Of a stretch of DNA of 64,000 bases, positions 26,282 to 38,873 are shown in pieces (position 1 is the first letter of the stretch; each line of letters opens with the position of its first letter). Source of the DNA: Macrostomum lignano (taxonomy: Eukaryota). Location: positions 62,001 through 126,000 of the forward strand of contig NIVC01001771.1 in assembly GCA_002269645.1 (NCBI GenBank). The letters run 5' to 3'. The notes under the pieces are model-generated. The model made no database searches. It saw only the letters and a list, made by a program, of their open reading frames with translations, and was not told the DNA's origin. Made by a program: the position numbers and the translations under genes.

Positions 26282-27025
26282 ATGGGGCGCCGAGATTCAC
26301 AAGCGGGGCGCCGAGATTCACAAATGGGGCACCGAGATTCACAAATGGGCGCCAAGATTCACAAATTTGGCGCCGAGATTCACAAATGGGGCACCGAGAT
26401 TCACAAATGGGCGCCGAGATTCACAAATGGGCGCCGAGATTCACAAATTTGGCGCCGAGATTCACAAATGGGGCACCGAGATTTACAAATGGGCGCCAAG
26501 ATTCACAAATTTGGCGCCGATATTCACAAATGGGGCGCTGAGATTCACAAATTTGGCGCCGATATTCACAAATGGGGCACCGAGATTCACAAATGGGCGC
26601 CAAGATTCACAAATTTGGCGCCGATATTCACAAATGGGGCGGTGAGATTCACAAATTTGGCGCCGATATTCACAAATGGGGCGCTGAGATTCACAAATAG
26701 GGCGCCAAGATTCACAAGGAGGGCGCCGAGATTCACAAATTTGGCGCCGATATTCACAAATGGGGCGCCTAGATTCAACAAATGGGGCGCCGAGATTCAC
26801 AAATGGGGCGCCAAGATTCACAAATTTGGCGCCGATATTCACAAATGGGGCGCCGAGATTCACAAATAGGGCGCCAAGATTCACAAGCGGGGCGCCGAGA
26901 TTCAATAAAGGGGCGCCGAGATTCACAAATGTGGCGCCCAGATTAACAAATGGGGCGCCGAGATTCACAAATAGGGCGCCAAGATTCACAAGGAGGGCGC
27001 CGAGATTCACAAACGGGGCGCCGAG
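26282..27025 (+). repeat. 21/22-bp GGGGCGCC-core minisatellite
   Basis: AAATGGGGCGCCGAGATTCAC. Confidence 0.93.
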
Positions 27026-28066
27026 ATCAGCCAAGACCCGACAGTCTAGCAGAGTATGATGAACATTAAACAAAATCCATGCTGAATCGCAGCGGGCAGA
27101 ACTGCACAGATCGATGACCCTGCTGTGCTCATGCGGCATCCATATTTTCCAGTTGTCGATCAATCGATTGCAGTAAAGAGACTTCTTACTATGTAATGCT
27201 TTATTGAACATTTTCCATTATACAGAACCTCGTCCCCGGTGCAATATAGTTTTATTAAAATACTCACGAAGTACTTGCCTGACAGAGGGAAATGTAAAAA
27301 AACGCCTTCCCTTACTATCCGAGAGAGGGAATTTTAAAGCATTTCTTGAGTGACCTACTCAACAGTGTCCACCACCCCGCTTGCAGCCGCGGCCATCCAT
27401 TGTGCGTGCGCCCAACATGCATAGATGGAGATCCCTGTGCTCAGTCCCGTATCTGGGGGAAGAGGCGATATCGAGAGGGACACAACACACGGGGGGATGA
27501 GAAAGGCAAGAAGAGGGAGAAAGCTGAGGATAGAAGTGGATCTGCTTCTGTCTGCAGACAATATATAAGTCTGCCGCAAGGTGCGCCTCCACTATTGGAA
27601 GCAATTCGGCCGCTATTAGATGCCCACCAACCCCCCCCCCCATTCACACAGCCTGCCTGGGCAAACATGTCATTAAAGGCCTCGAGAACGGCTTCAGTGA
27701 GGGTGGGGTCCGTCCGCGTGGGGCCTCCTCAAATTACCGTTTTTTTCCATTCCAGACTCTCCTCCATCATCTAGGATCCCGCGGAGCCTCATCAACTCAT
27801 CACTGCCTTTGCCTTTACTGTGAGCTTCTTTTACCAATACTTTCAAATGCGAGTCGAACGCAGGCTTTGGGAGAAGCAGATAATAGGGATGCTCTGGGGC
27901 AGCAGAAATAGCACTTCTTCGCTCTGTCTCTTATTCGACACATTTTTAAAATATTTTCTTCGACCTACTTCCTGCGGCTTGGGAGTATCAAAGTCAAAAT
28001 AATGAAATTTGCTGAAAATTAAACACCTAATAAAAATTGTCAGGGCATTAAAACTGCACCCTCTCT

Positions 28067-28778
28067 CCCATCACTCCACCATCTCTCCCATCACTCCACC
28101 ATCTCTCCCATCACTCCACCCTCTCTCCCATCACTCCACCCTCTCTCCCATCACTCTACCCTCTCTCCCATCACTCTATCCTCTCTCCCATCACTCTACC
28201 CCTCTCTCCCATCACTCTACCCTCTCTCCCATCACTCTATCATCTCTCCCATCACTCTATCCTCTCTCCCATCACTCTATCCTCTCTCCCATCACTCTAT
28301 CCTCTCTCCCATCACTCTATCCTCTCTCCTATCACTCTATCCTCTCTCCCATCACTCTATCCTCTCTCCCATCACTCTATCCTCTCTTCCATCACTCTAT
28401 CCTCTCTTCCATCACTCTATCCTCTCTCCCATCACTCTATCCTCTCTCCCATCACTCTATCCTCTCTCCCATCACTCTATCCTCTCTTCCATCACTCTAT
28501 CCTCTCTCCCATCACTCTACCCCCTCTTCCATCACTCTATCCTCTCTCCCATCACTATCCTCTCTCCTATCACTCTATCCTCTCTCCCATCACTCTATCC
28601 TCTCTCCCTTCACTCTATCCTCTTTCTCGTCACTCTACCTTCTCTCCCAATACTCTATCCTCTCTCCAATCACTCTATCCTCTCTCCCATCACTCTATCC
28701 TCTCTCCCATCACTCTATCCTCTCTCCCATCACTCTACCCCTTCTTCCATCACTCTACCCTCTCGCCCATCACTCGTA
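28067..28778. repeat. 20-bp pyrimidine-rich minisatellite
   Basis: CCTCTCTCCCATCACTCTAT. Confidence 0.93.
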
Positions 28779-31300
28779 CCCTCTCTTAGCCTTAAAATTT
28801 CGCTTTCTTGTTTCTTTCGAATTTTCTTATTCTCTCTGTGTGTAAACTGCTAGAGTTCGCACGCTCGTACATGTATTTCTCATTTCTCCCAGGCTGTCAG
28901 TCACACAGCTATCTAGTATAAGGAAGATCCCCCCTAAAAAGGTGACCAACGCGTCCGCCCCCAGCCCAATGCAGGTACGAGGGCACTCAAAGTGCTGCAT
29001 TGTCAGTCAGTCAGTCAGTGAGTTCTGGCCTGGCAATCCATGGTTTCAGGGGCAGTTTGACATCATCGCATCCCCACCTATTCCCCCCCCCCCGATAAAT
29101 TTCAGCCACAGCCCAGCTGAAGTGGCCACTCGGACCGGGCATTATCCCCTGTCAGTCAATCGGCTGGTGCAGCAATTAGCTATTTAGAAGACAGCACTAA
29201 ACCGAAAGCATTGTTCAAATGAGCTGAGGAGAATGAGACCTGCTGCGCACGTGCAAAGTCTGCAGAGATGGGGACCAACAATCAGTCCGCGGATTCTGCA
29301 TTAAGCATGAGATGGGCGGTGCCAATTATCTACAGTCAATGCATATCATAGCGCATTCCATTTGACAGTTTTGTCAAAAAATGCAGCAATATTTTCGCCC
29401 CAATTAAGCCTCGTGGGGTATATATAGTTGGCAGCTAATGGCTCTTTGATTTCTATTGACCGCGGCCATAAGACAATGAGGGCGTCAGTAGCAGACCCCA
29501 CTCTATTATGATAGCCCTTATAAAACAGTTGATTAAAATCAGGTGGGTGGGGATATACTGATCAATTAAAGACAATTGATGGCTCTGAAAGGCGAGTGGC
29601 CCAGCAGCTTGGCCCATGGCAGTCCTGATTGCCAAAACTGTTTGCCACTCGGCTGACTGATGGGCAGAAGTCAAACACACTGCATTTCGACTTCCCGCAT
29701 CTCCTCATGCAGTGCCGCGTGGCTTTGATTGACAGGCCTGGAGCTGCTGGCTAATTCACAGTGAGAATAGACAGCTTCAGCTCAGTTGAGTTCAGAAGGC
29801 GCGCGTGCTAAAAAATTTGATGAAGATGCATGCAGGGTACCAGCACGCCTCGTCTCTATATCTATTCCCACCCTTGAATCCCAAGCATATCCCATCTATT
29901 TGTGACTCGACTTTCCCACCGCACAACCCAAACGCGAAGGTATTAGTATCCATCCGTGCAGCCACAAACTTCTCAAGGCAAACATCCATATATCATCAGA
30001 CAACACCTGGGCTTCGAGTGGCCAATAAAATGATCTATATTCGGGACTCTAATATATGATACGCATTGGTATATAATATCGTTTCACACCTTTCTCCATC
30101 TCTCGGCAAAGTTCCACTCGTCTTCAGCCTCACTTCTCACTTCTCTGCATTCGGGGCCACTTGAATCAAAGAAGCCATCCTCAGAGTTACTGGGACGGGG
30201 GTGCAGGGGCTCGCTTTTGCCATTATTTAGCGATATAATGGAAGAATTGCTGAAGTGCCACAGCCAATTCAAAATATAATAAGCTTTCTTGTTCTCACTT
30301 TCCGTCTCCATGAGCACAGGTGTGAGAATAGCTCAGCGTCCCCACCTACAACAAAGACTTCTTATATATATATGGGCAAAGTCTTAACCACCCCCCGCGC
30401 AAGCGAAAGGATCAGGTGACATAATAATCCCCCGGCATAGCAACGTCTATATAGAGTTTAAGAGATTATAAATTCTATAATACACAAACGGCCACCCGCG
30501 CACAATGCCAAATGTTTACCATTCAATTTACTTTACTCAATACTCGGCTAAGCTGCAAAGAGAACAGTCCACCATATCCTAATCCTAATACCCCCGCTCA
30601 GATCCTCGAGAGTTCCTTCCTGTGAAAACTTAGAATTCAAAAAATTCGAAAAATGAACACCAATTTTTTGAAAGTTTCAATCATTTAGGCATGTTGTTAG
30701 GCATTGTAAGATAATATATGCAATAAATATAATTTATGCATAGCAGAGATAGATAATATTGTATATTTTGCACGCTTATTAAAGAATTAAATATAGTTAA
30801 TTGTTAACCGCAACTCAAAATACAGACTCAGAACAATTGTCGGAGAAAACAGCGCCCCAAAACCCCCCATACAGAGAAATTCAAAGCAGAAAACGGACAA
30901 TATTTCTCCAATTTTGAGATGCCGGTTCTCTGGTTCAAGCCAATTAGTCAATTAAACAGCAAATAACTGGCATAATGCATGAGTCTTGCACTATGAAATT
31001 GAACAGAATAAAAGTTCTGTGAATAAGACAATGTTTTAGAAGAGCACATGCTTTGTAAATACAATAAAGTTAACCCCAGAACGCACAAAATGGCTGAGAT
31101 ATTGATTGATTTTCCTTGGTCAGAAATCTATTGATGCCAGGGGCATTGCCAGGAAAAATGGTTCTGCACAAAAGATATTTGAGTAAAATACAAAACAAAA
31201 ACAAAAGAACAGTTTTACAATGCTTCTCCAATGAGCTTCTTGGCAGCTCTGATCCCAAAGAGATTTCAAACAAAAAAGCAAACAGAACAGAATGCGATGA

Positions 31301-31306
31301 TTTATT
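31301..31306 (-). terminator. Candidate FoxA poly(A) signal
   Basis: AATAAA on the minus strand ~380 nt after the stop, followed by a U/GU-rich tract (rc of 31268-31290). Confidence 0.5.
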
Positions 31307-31683
31307 TGGCATGCAAGACATTCATGCCAAAGCAAAGAGCTGAGACATCTTCAACTGTACACACACTGACTTCATAATTATACCCAATAAATTAATTTAA
31401 CTTATTCTGTACCGCACAGACATGTCAAGTAGCAATCAAGCAAGAGAAACAGAAGTGCATTGAGTAGTTCAATTGGTTGCTGCAAATTGCAATGAGAAGA
31501 GTTCCAGTGCACTCAACAAGGAGGAGTTGGTATCACAATCAAAGTATATGGGGGCCTGTGCAGCAACAGACACGGGAAGAGGATGCAGGCAGACAGGCAG
31601 ACAGGCAGCACTCACTCACAGCCTATATGTGCATGCAGTAGGCATGGGGGTAACTCGCATGATTACACTGTAAACACACCTGA

Positions 31684-33276
31684 CTACAAGGCTCCGCTGT
31701 GGTATTTGTAATAGTACTGGTGCTGCGCAGCCGGGTCCTCGGCCTTGATGGGCCCATAGCCGTAGCTGGCCATGTCGTAGTACTTCAAGTCTGCCGCAGC
31801 CGCGGCGCCGTGGTTCATCAGCGAGCTGATGGAGAACGGATGGCTGAAGTTGCCCATGAGACTGGGGTCCATGGCCATCATGTCGGCTGACAGGAAGTAG
31901 CCGTGAGGAGGCGGCGCTAGCGACCCATCCATCATGCCGGCATGGTGGCCGCTGTGAAGGCCCTGGAGCTCCTGCTGTCCAAGCTGTTGTTGCTGTTGCA
32001 GATGCTGCTGTTGCTGCTGCTGGAGCTGCTGGTGCGGCTGGTGCTGGTGCTGATGCTGAAGAGCCTGATGCGACTGGTGCTGCTGATGCGGCATCTGCAT
32101 GAGCTGATGGTGAGAAGGTGGTCCCATCATTTGGTGAGGCGCCAGGTGGGGACCCACCGGCATGCCGTGACACCCCACTGGAGCCGACGAAGATACTGCA
32201 GCAGCCATGCTCGACTGAGGATCGTGAAGCTGCTGCTGCTGCTGCTGTGATGAAGGATGCTGCGCTTGCTCGAGGTTGCTGCCCTGCTGCTCCTGGCCGC
32301 ACTGGGAAGCCGCTGCCGCCGCTGCTGCCGCTGCCGCCGCCGCAGCCTCCGGAGTTGCTGCCTGTAGCTTGGACTTTGGCGTGGAGGCCGGGCTGCTGCC
32401 ACACGGGCTGCCTGGCTCCGCCTTCATGCAACCGTCGTCGTCTTCGTCGTCGTCATCGTCCCGGTCGTCCTGATTCGACGAGTCGTCATTGGCGGCCGCG
32501 GCTCGATTCGCCCGCCGAGTGGCCTCCCGCTTCGGGTCCTTGAAGCGCTTCTGCCGGCGCAGGTAGCAGCCGTTCTCGAACATGTTGCCGCTCTCCGGGT
32601 GCAGCGTCCAGTAGGAGCCTTTGCCCGGCTTGTCCGGACTGCGCGGCACCTTCAAGAAGCAGTCGTTGAATGACAGCGAGTGCCTGATGGAATTCTGCCA
32701 GCGCTGCTGGTTCTGCCTGTAGTAGGCGAAGTTGTCCATGATGTACTGGTAGATCTCAGCCAGGGTGCACATGTGCTGCGGCGACTGCTGGATGGCCATG
32801 GTGATGAGGCTGATGTAGCTGTAGGGAGGCTTGGAATGCGTGTAAGTCCGCCTGTAGGCCGCCGCCGCGGCCGCCTTGCCACCGTCCAAGCCGCTCACCG
32901 CGCCGCTCATGCCGCCGACTCCCGCGAGGCCGCCGCCGCCGCCACCGCCGATGACGCTGCGTCCAGTCGGGCTGGAGCTGCGGCTTGTGGACAGGCCGCC
33001 GCCGCCGCCGACGCCGGTTCCGCCGATGCCGTTATTGAGGTCGACACTCCGCATTGCCGACGGTGGCATGCCCATGTGCCCGGCGGCTGTCGGCATCCCA
33101 GCAGCTGCTGCGGCTGCGGCGCCATTGTACACGGCCATGGGGCCCATGCCCATCATGTGGCCGGCCATCTGTGGACTGTAGCCGGGTGACATGGCCGAGC
33201 TCATTGCGTAGCCGCTGCTCATGCCGGAGTAGCAGGCGGACACGCTGCTGGGATCGTATGTTTTCCCTGTCAACAT
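31684..33276 (-). CDS. FoxA: Forkhead box A (fork head/HNF3) transcription factor, single exon, 530 aa
   Basis: Forkhead domain [23 protein letters not shown]...[15 protein letters not shown]...[31 protein letters not shown]; C-terminal eh1-like HPFSISSLM; GCCGCCATG Kozak. Confidence 0.98.
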   Translation of the reverse strand: MLTGKTYDPSSVSACYSGMSSGYAMSSAMSPGYSPQMAGHMMGMGPMAVYNGAAAAAAAGMPTAAGHMGMPPSAMRSVDLNNGIGGTGVGGGGGLSTSRSSSPTGRSVIGGGGGGGLAGVGGMSGAVSGLDGGKAAAAAAYRRTYTHSKPPYSYISLITMAIQQSPQHMCTLAEIYQYIMDNFAYYRQNQQRWQNSIRHSLSFNDCFLKVPRSPDKPGKGSYWTLHPESGNMFENGCYLRRQKRFKDPKREATRRANRAAAANDDSSNQDDRDDDDDEDDDGCMKAEPGSPCGSSPASTPKSKLQAATPEAAAAAAAAAAAAASQCGQEQQGSNLEQAQHPSSQQQQQQLHDPQSSMAAAVSSSAPVGCHGMPVGPHLAPHQMMGPPSHHQLMQMPHQQHQSHQALQHQHQHQPHQQLQQQQQQHLQQQQQLGQQELQGLHSGHHAGMMDGSLAPPPHGYFLSADMMAMDPSLMGNFSHPFSISSLMNHGAAAAADLKYYDMASYGYGPIKAEDPAAQHQYYYKYHSGAL

Positions 33277-34803
33277 GGCGGCTCAGGGACTGCACTTTTC
33301 TATATAAGTCTTCACCGCTATGCTAATATTGCTTGTCTTTCAATTTCCTTACTCGTCCTTTTTGATCAAACCGCAAGCTGCTCCTTATCGCCTTCGATGC
33401 CAGCACAAGGAGAGTAGCAGTGCCACCGAGTTTAACTCTCGCAAACAATAAGCCGCCTCGGTGTTTGAGCAAACAAAAACTCGATCTGGGGCGAGAGGGG
33501 CAGGAGGAGAAGTCGGACAGCCGGTCAGTTCTTCTTGGGCAAATTTGCCAACTTTGATTGCTCGGAAAATAAATTCCCAACTAAAGCATAGGGAAATGAT
33601 TACACTTGACTTTAAACCCTCGCTCAGTAGGGGGGCTGGGGGGCCGCGGGGGGGAGGCGGCGGGCTGGGGAGCTGACAGGCTCAGTTGAGCTGCTCCGGT
33701 TGGCCCGCCGCCCACCTCAGCCTCCACCGCTCCGCCGCTCCGCTGCTTCTCTCTTCTTCTCCTCTGCTCTGCTCAAAACCGACAGGGAGGCACAGGCGGT
33801 GCTCGCCTCCAGAGAGACAGAAGTTTTGGAGCTTGCTGGGGGAGCCTCGTCATTGGCTGGGCTACACCCATCGGATGGGGCCGCCTGAGGCCGCTTGAGC
33901 ACCCTCCCTACCTCCTTCCTGACCGTGGACCTCGAAGACTCGGATGAAGACTGAAGCTGGGCGGGATAGGATTTAGAATCAGCAGCCACTGGGGAAGGAT
34001 ATCTCCCCCCACCCCTCGCTGTCTCCACAAAACCTCAAAGTTTTTCAGAACGCGCAGAGCGAAGCGGGAGGAATCGGAGCAGGAATCGGAGCCAACTCAG
34101 TTTTATCGCACGGGACAAGTCTTTGGGAGCGCGCTGAGCTGCAGAGAGAGGAATTTGACGGCTGAAGGAAGAGGCAAGGGGACGGAGCCTGAATGAGCAC
34201 ATTGGCAAGAGATGCAGACAGACAGACTGTTTGCCTCGCTTATCTGCGGACAGGCGGGGTGGGTCCTGACGGAGGATGAGGGAGAGGGCAGCTGGCTTGC
34301 CGCAAGCAGGGGTGCGAGAGATAAGATAAGGTTTGCTGGGGATTCGTGTTCCGCTCTGAGCTCTATGCTCACTCAATATATAATGCTAGCTGCTCCCCTT
34401 TTACTTAACTTAACTAAACCGTTAACTCAATACAACAGATTGCTACGAGAACTCTGTCAGAAGCTTTTTAAAAGCAAATTGCGACAAAGCTATATATATA
34501 TTCGGCAAGTGCAGGCCATGAGTACGAGTTTTCTGATGCGATGCATTTAGCAAGCCATAAATTCTACACAGAGCCATCAACTCAGTTATTGTCTAAATAT
34601 CCTGCTATTGAACTGATGCATGGAGCTACATTGGATTTCTTTCGTGCCATTAAATCTTTTGATGACAGGCCGCAAGGCAGGATAAAAAAATTTGGGATCG
34701 ACTGACATTGCCGCGTGACTACCAAGGCATTTATGTTGACTTATAGGCCCCTTGAAGGATAATCTGGCGCCATTAGAAGACAAATTACCCCCCCCCCCCT
34801 CAG

Positions 34804-35540
34804 ATGTAAACAGGCGCCCCGTAGATGTAATCTGGCGCCCCGTAGATGTAATCTGGCGCCCCGTAGATGTAATCTGGCGCCCCGTAGATGTAATCTGGCG
34901 CCCCGTAGATGTAATCTGGCGCCCAGTAGGTTAAACCGGCGCCCCGTAGATGTAATCTGGCGCCCAGTAGGTTAAACCGGCGCCCCGTAGATTAAACCGG
35001 CGCCCCGTAGATTAAACCGGCGCCCCGTAGATTAAACCGGCGCCCCGTAGATTAAACCGGCGCCCCGTAGATTAAACCGGCGCCCGTAGATTAAACCGGC
35101 GCCCCGTAGATTAAACCGGCGCCCCGTAGATTAAACCGGCGCCCCGTAGATTAAACTGCACCCCGTAGATTAAACTGGCGCCCCAAAGATTAAACTGGCG
35201 CCCCGTAGATTAAACTGGCGCCCCAAAGATTTAAACTGCATGGCGCCCCTAGATTAAACTGGCGCCCCGTAGATTAAACTGGCCCCCGTAGATTAAACTA
35301 GCGCCCCGTAAATGTAATCTGGCGCCCCATAGGTTAAACCGGCGCCTTGTAGGTTAAACCGGCGCCCTGTAGATTAAACCGGCGCCCTTAGATTAAACCG
35401 TCTCCAGTAGATTAAACCGTCTCCCGTAGATTAAACCGTCTCCAGTAGATTAAACCATCTCCCGTAGATTAAACCGTCTCCGTAGATTTAACTGGCGCCC
35501 GAAGATTTAAACTGCCCCCGTAAACATAGATCTAAAATGG
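34804..35540 (-). repeat. 20/21-bp GGGGCGCC-core minisatellite (inverted relative to 26282-27025)
   Basis: GGCGCCCCGTAGATGTAATCT and GGCGCCCCGTAGATTAAACC on the + strand. Confidence 0.93.
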
Positions 35541-36434
35541 CGCCTCGTAGATAAAAATAATTCAGTTCTGCATTCCTGCATGCAACACGCTAAGTCGAGA
35601 ATTAAGAATACTTTGTAGAGCATGCAGAGCAAACTCTATGCTCCGGGAGCCTTGCACAAAATCCTTGAAGATTTTGGAGAGCCCAATGCAGCGGAAGGAA
35701 ACGGACACAATTTCCATAAGCAGATGGTGCAGTTGAAAAGCATGCAGGCCACCACCGCATTTAAGAGTATACGCGAGCTATACAACAGCCATGCAGTGCA
35801 TGCGCTGCAGAGATAAGAGAGGAGAGTTTGAGAGACAGGGGGGGGGGGCATTGTGGAGTGGGCAGCGACGCGTCTCCAAGCACAACAGGTTCTATACACT
35901 TGTGTGTTGAGGGTGGCAAGAGCGGAGTTCGCATACAGCTATACAGCAGATTTAGACTGCGCATCTCTCAATTATAATAGGCCGCGGAACACTTCCGCTT
36001 GCCATTGTTTTCCCTCAGCTCATGCGGATTTGGTCTGAGAGTGAGAGATGAAGAAGTTGTCAGCGCTTGGTGCGCAATGCAGCGGAGTGTGGGGGGGGGC
36101 GGTCGGCACTGCAGCTGGTCCAGGTGCAAATTGTGCAGTGTTCAAAAGCAGTGGGAACAGAGCGCATGCTTGAGCTTTTGGGGGGCTTATAAATGGGGGG
36201 GGGCGCTTAGTTCGCGACCTTCAGTTGAGGAGGGGTTACTTGCAGAGAAAATAACCATTAGCGACAAGCGTTAGCTCTACCTGCAAAGGAGGTGGTGTAA
36301 TAAAGGGTGTAATAATAGGATTTAAAAATCTATTTTATAGTAATAAACGCTTTTTACAGTAATAAACTCTGCGATTGCACCAAAGTGAAGGGAAATACAT
36401 TTGACAAGAAAATATAGCTATAATTAGGTAGTGC

Positions 36435-36540
36435 TAGATGGCGCCGAAATAGGTGTCCGGATGGCGCATATTGGGAGTCTGGATGGCGCCAAAGTAGGTG
36501 TCCGAATGGCGCCGTAGTGATCGTCGTTCGTGTGGCGCTA
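36435..36540. repeat. Degenerate ~22-bp ATGGCGC repeat (5 cores)
   Basis: TGGCGC cores at about 36438, 36461, 36482, 36506 and 36533. Confidence 0.55.
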
Positions 36541-38101
36541 AAAATTGAATAGACAAGTGCAAGTCAAGAACAAATCAAAACAAAGCAAAACAGTCAATGA
36601 CAATAAGAAGCTCTATATACTACTTAAGTCATCATATTACTTTAAAGAAAGTTAGGAAGTAGTGTATTCCGCGACTTGCGTTGACGTAGACCAACGTCTG
36701 TAACATCTCATTAGTGACTCGGCCACTAATTAAAACGTCGCTTTGCACAAGCACGCATGTAAGATTACGGGCAATAGCGTATTTGACGATTTCATGCTAA
36801 TCGTGTAGATATCGATTTGACTTTTTCTGCATGGTTTAATCAATTCCATGTATGGTATATCAACAATGAGTCGAGCGTCTGTTCCCGAAAAGGGGTCCCA
36901 GGACTATAGAGTTGGTCAGAGTAGCCGCTGTTCTAGCAACCTTCCAGGGCTACTAGCAATATTTTTAAACTTTCTGTAAACGTTTTTAACGTTTCAACGT
37001 TCAAAATTTGTGCATGTACAACTAAAATAAAGTGACAATACATGTAGGAGCTAGCTACCTAATTTTTGGATATCAATCTACAAATTTACATGCGCATGTC
37101 ACCAACACGAGCTTTTAATTAGCTCGTATTGCCGGTATTACTTTTAAGCGCGCGCTTTTGCAGACAGACTCAAATTTTACCTGTGCGCTTATGCCGGAAA
37201 TCGGTTATAATACTCATTAATGGAACACAAAAGCTCCGTTTAGCGCACTTACAAACATCGCTGAGTTTTAGATCTTTTCAGTTACTTAAAAAAGTTGATA
37301 AAAGCATTTAACTGATTTGTTATAACACACTGAGGATTTAACTCTCATTTGAGAGTTAATCTTTACAGGAAACGCGGTCCACATCATTATCAATGGCATG
37401 GCAACGCGATACAATATTGAAATATACTGATACAGTACAGTGAACGTACTCGTAGTAATCTTCCTGATTTATACTTATGTATAATTAAATATGTGATGCA
37501 TTTTTGTTGCACATCTAAATATGAATTTCGTGTGTTTTTTCGTGTGACTTCCTGCGACTAGACGAGAGTTGAACAGCTGCATTTGCACTTTAAATTTAAG
37601 TTCAACAAAATAATAGTTGCAGACAGGGAGTTGCAGCTTGCTTAAGGTCTTATACCTACTCAAATCTGATTATCTCTGGGTCTTGCCAGGCCTCTTCTCT
37701 AAATCAAAATAAGTAACAAGTAAAGAGAAAGTGAAGTGCCTTGTCCTTTACTGAAATGAGTTGGCAAGCAATATCAGCAGATGAATAGGTATTAAAAGGG
37801 ACAAAGATTTAAAGCGCAAAAGATTTTGCTACTTTCTTCTAATGGCTTTATAAGTGTGGCATTATTAACTTGAAATTAAAGTGATTTTAAGGCCTATTAT
37901 ATGCTATAACTAATCTAACACCACACCTTTATAGGCTTAATATTATTTTAGAATTTAGGTTTCTATGAAATAGAATTTAAAAGCTAAGTTCTCAAATAAA
38001 AATATCAAATATAGACTAAAAGAAAAAAATGGAACTATATACTAGAAACTAGTCCAACAAGTATTGAACTAAAAAATAATTTAATACATATAAATTATAA
38101 G

Positions 38102-38413
38102 AAAACTGATTTTCTTAAAAGAAACTAACAATTCTTGAATTTTGAAAAGCCAAAAATGGTAAAAAAATGACTATATGAGTCTGTCTAAATTGTAGAGTCT
38201 AGAAATTAGAGTTTATTAAAGCTAGAAAAAGCTTTTTGATTAAAGATTATTAAGTTTATTATGAACTTTATTGAAGTTAAAGTTGATTAAAGCTTAAAAA
38301 ATTGTTGAATCTAATTTCTAGACTCAACAATTTAGACAAACTCATATAGTCATTTTACAATTTTTTAGCTTTTTAAATTTAAGAATTGTTAATTTTTTAA
38401 GAAAATCAGTTTT
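38102..38413. mobile_element. AT-rich fold-back/MITE-like element with ~105-bp imperfect inverted arms
   Basis: 38102-38210 is the reverse complement of 38310-38413 (AAAACTGATTTTCTTAAAA...GAGTCTAGAAATTAGA). Confidence 0.7.
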
Positions 38414-38873
38414 TAAATAATTTAAGCCCTTAAATTATTTTTAATCTATTAAATATACATCTAAATATTAGTATTTGTCTACTGGTAGCTTCTGAGTAGT
38501 CTAATATTTTATTGTATGACCATGAGTCTTAAAGGTATATTAGTGTATATAATGCAATAACTATCTAACATATTTTTATCAAGGCCTTAAGGTTGGCATT
38601 CAACTATGTTTATTTGGCATTAAACTAAAGTAAAGCCAAAGGAAAAATCTTTTTTATAAATTTGTATGTATATATAATTTTTGTAAAAAAACCAGAAAAA
38701 TTTAACTGCAAAAATTAAAACTTTTGAATATTCTTCCCAAAAAAATTCTACTCTCAATTCTTTTGCCTAAAAAGGTATATTGATATAAACTGCTACATTA
38801 GTGGGTATCTTATGATTTAAATTGAAATATGACTTGACATTCAGCCTAAAACCCCTCAATATCCTATGCCTAA

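Noticed and set aside
31699-33326. Many overlapping ORFs on both strands of FoxA (likewise over crn, GALNT and CaM)
   Set aside because: Shadow ORFs from GC-rich codons; no recognisable domains
36431-36445. CTCF-like GCTAGATGGCGCC
   Set aside because: Part of a degenerate ATGGCGC repeat, and CTCF is reported absent from studied flatworms
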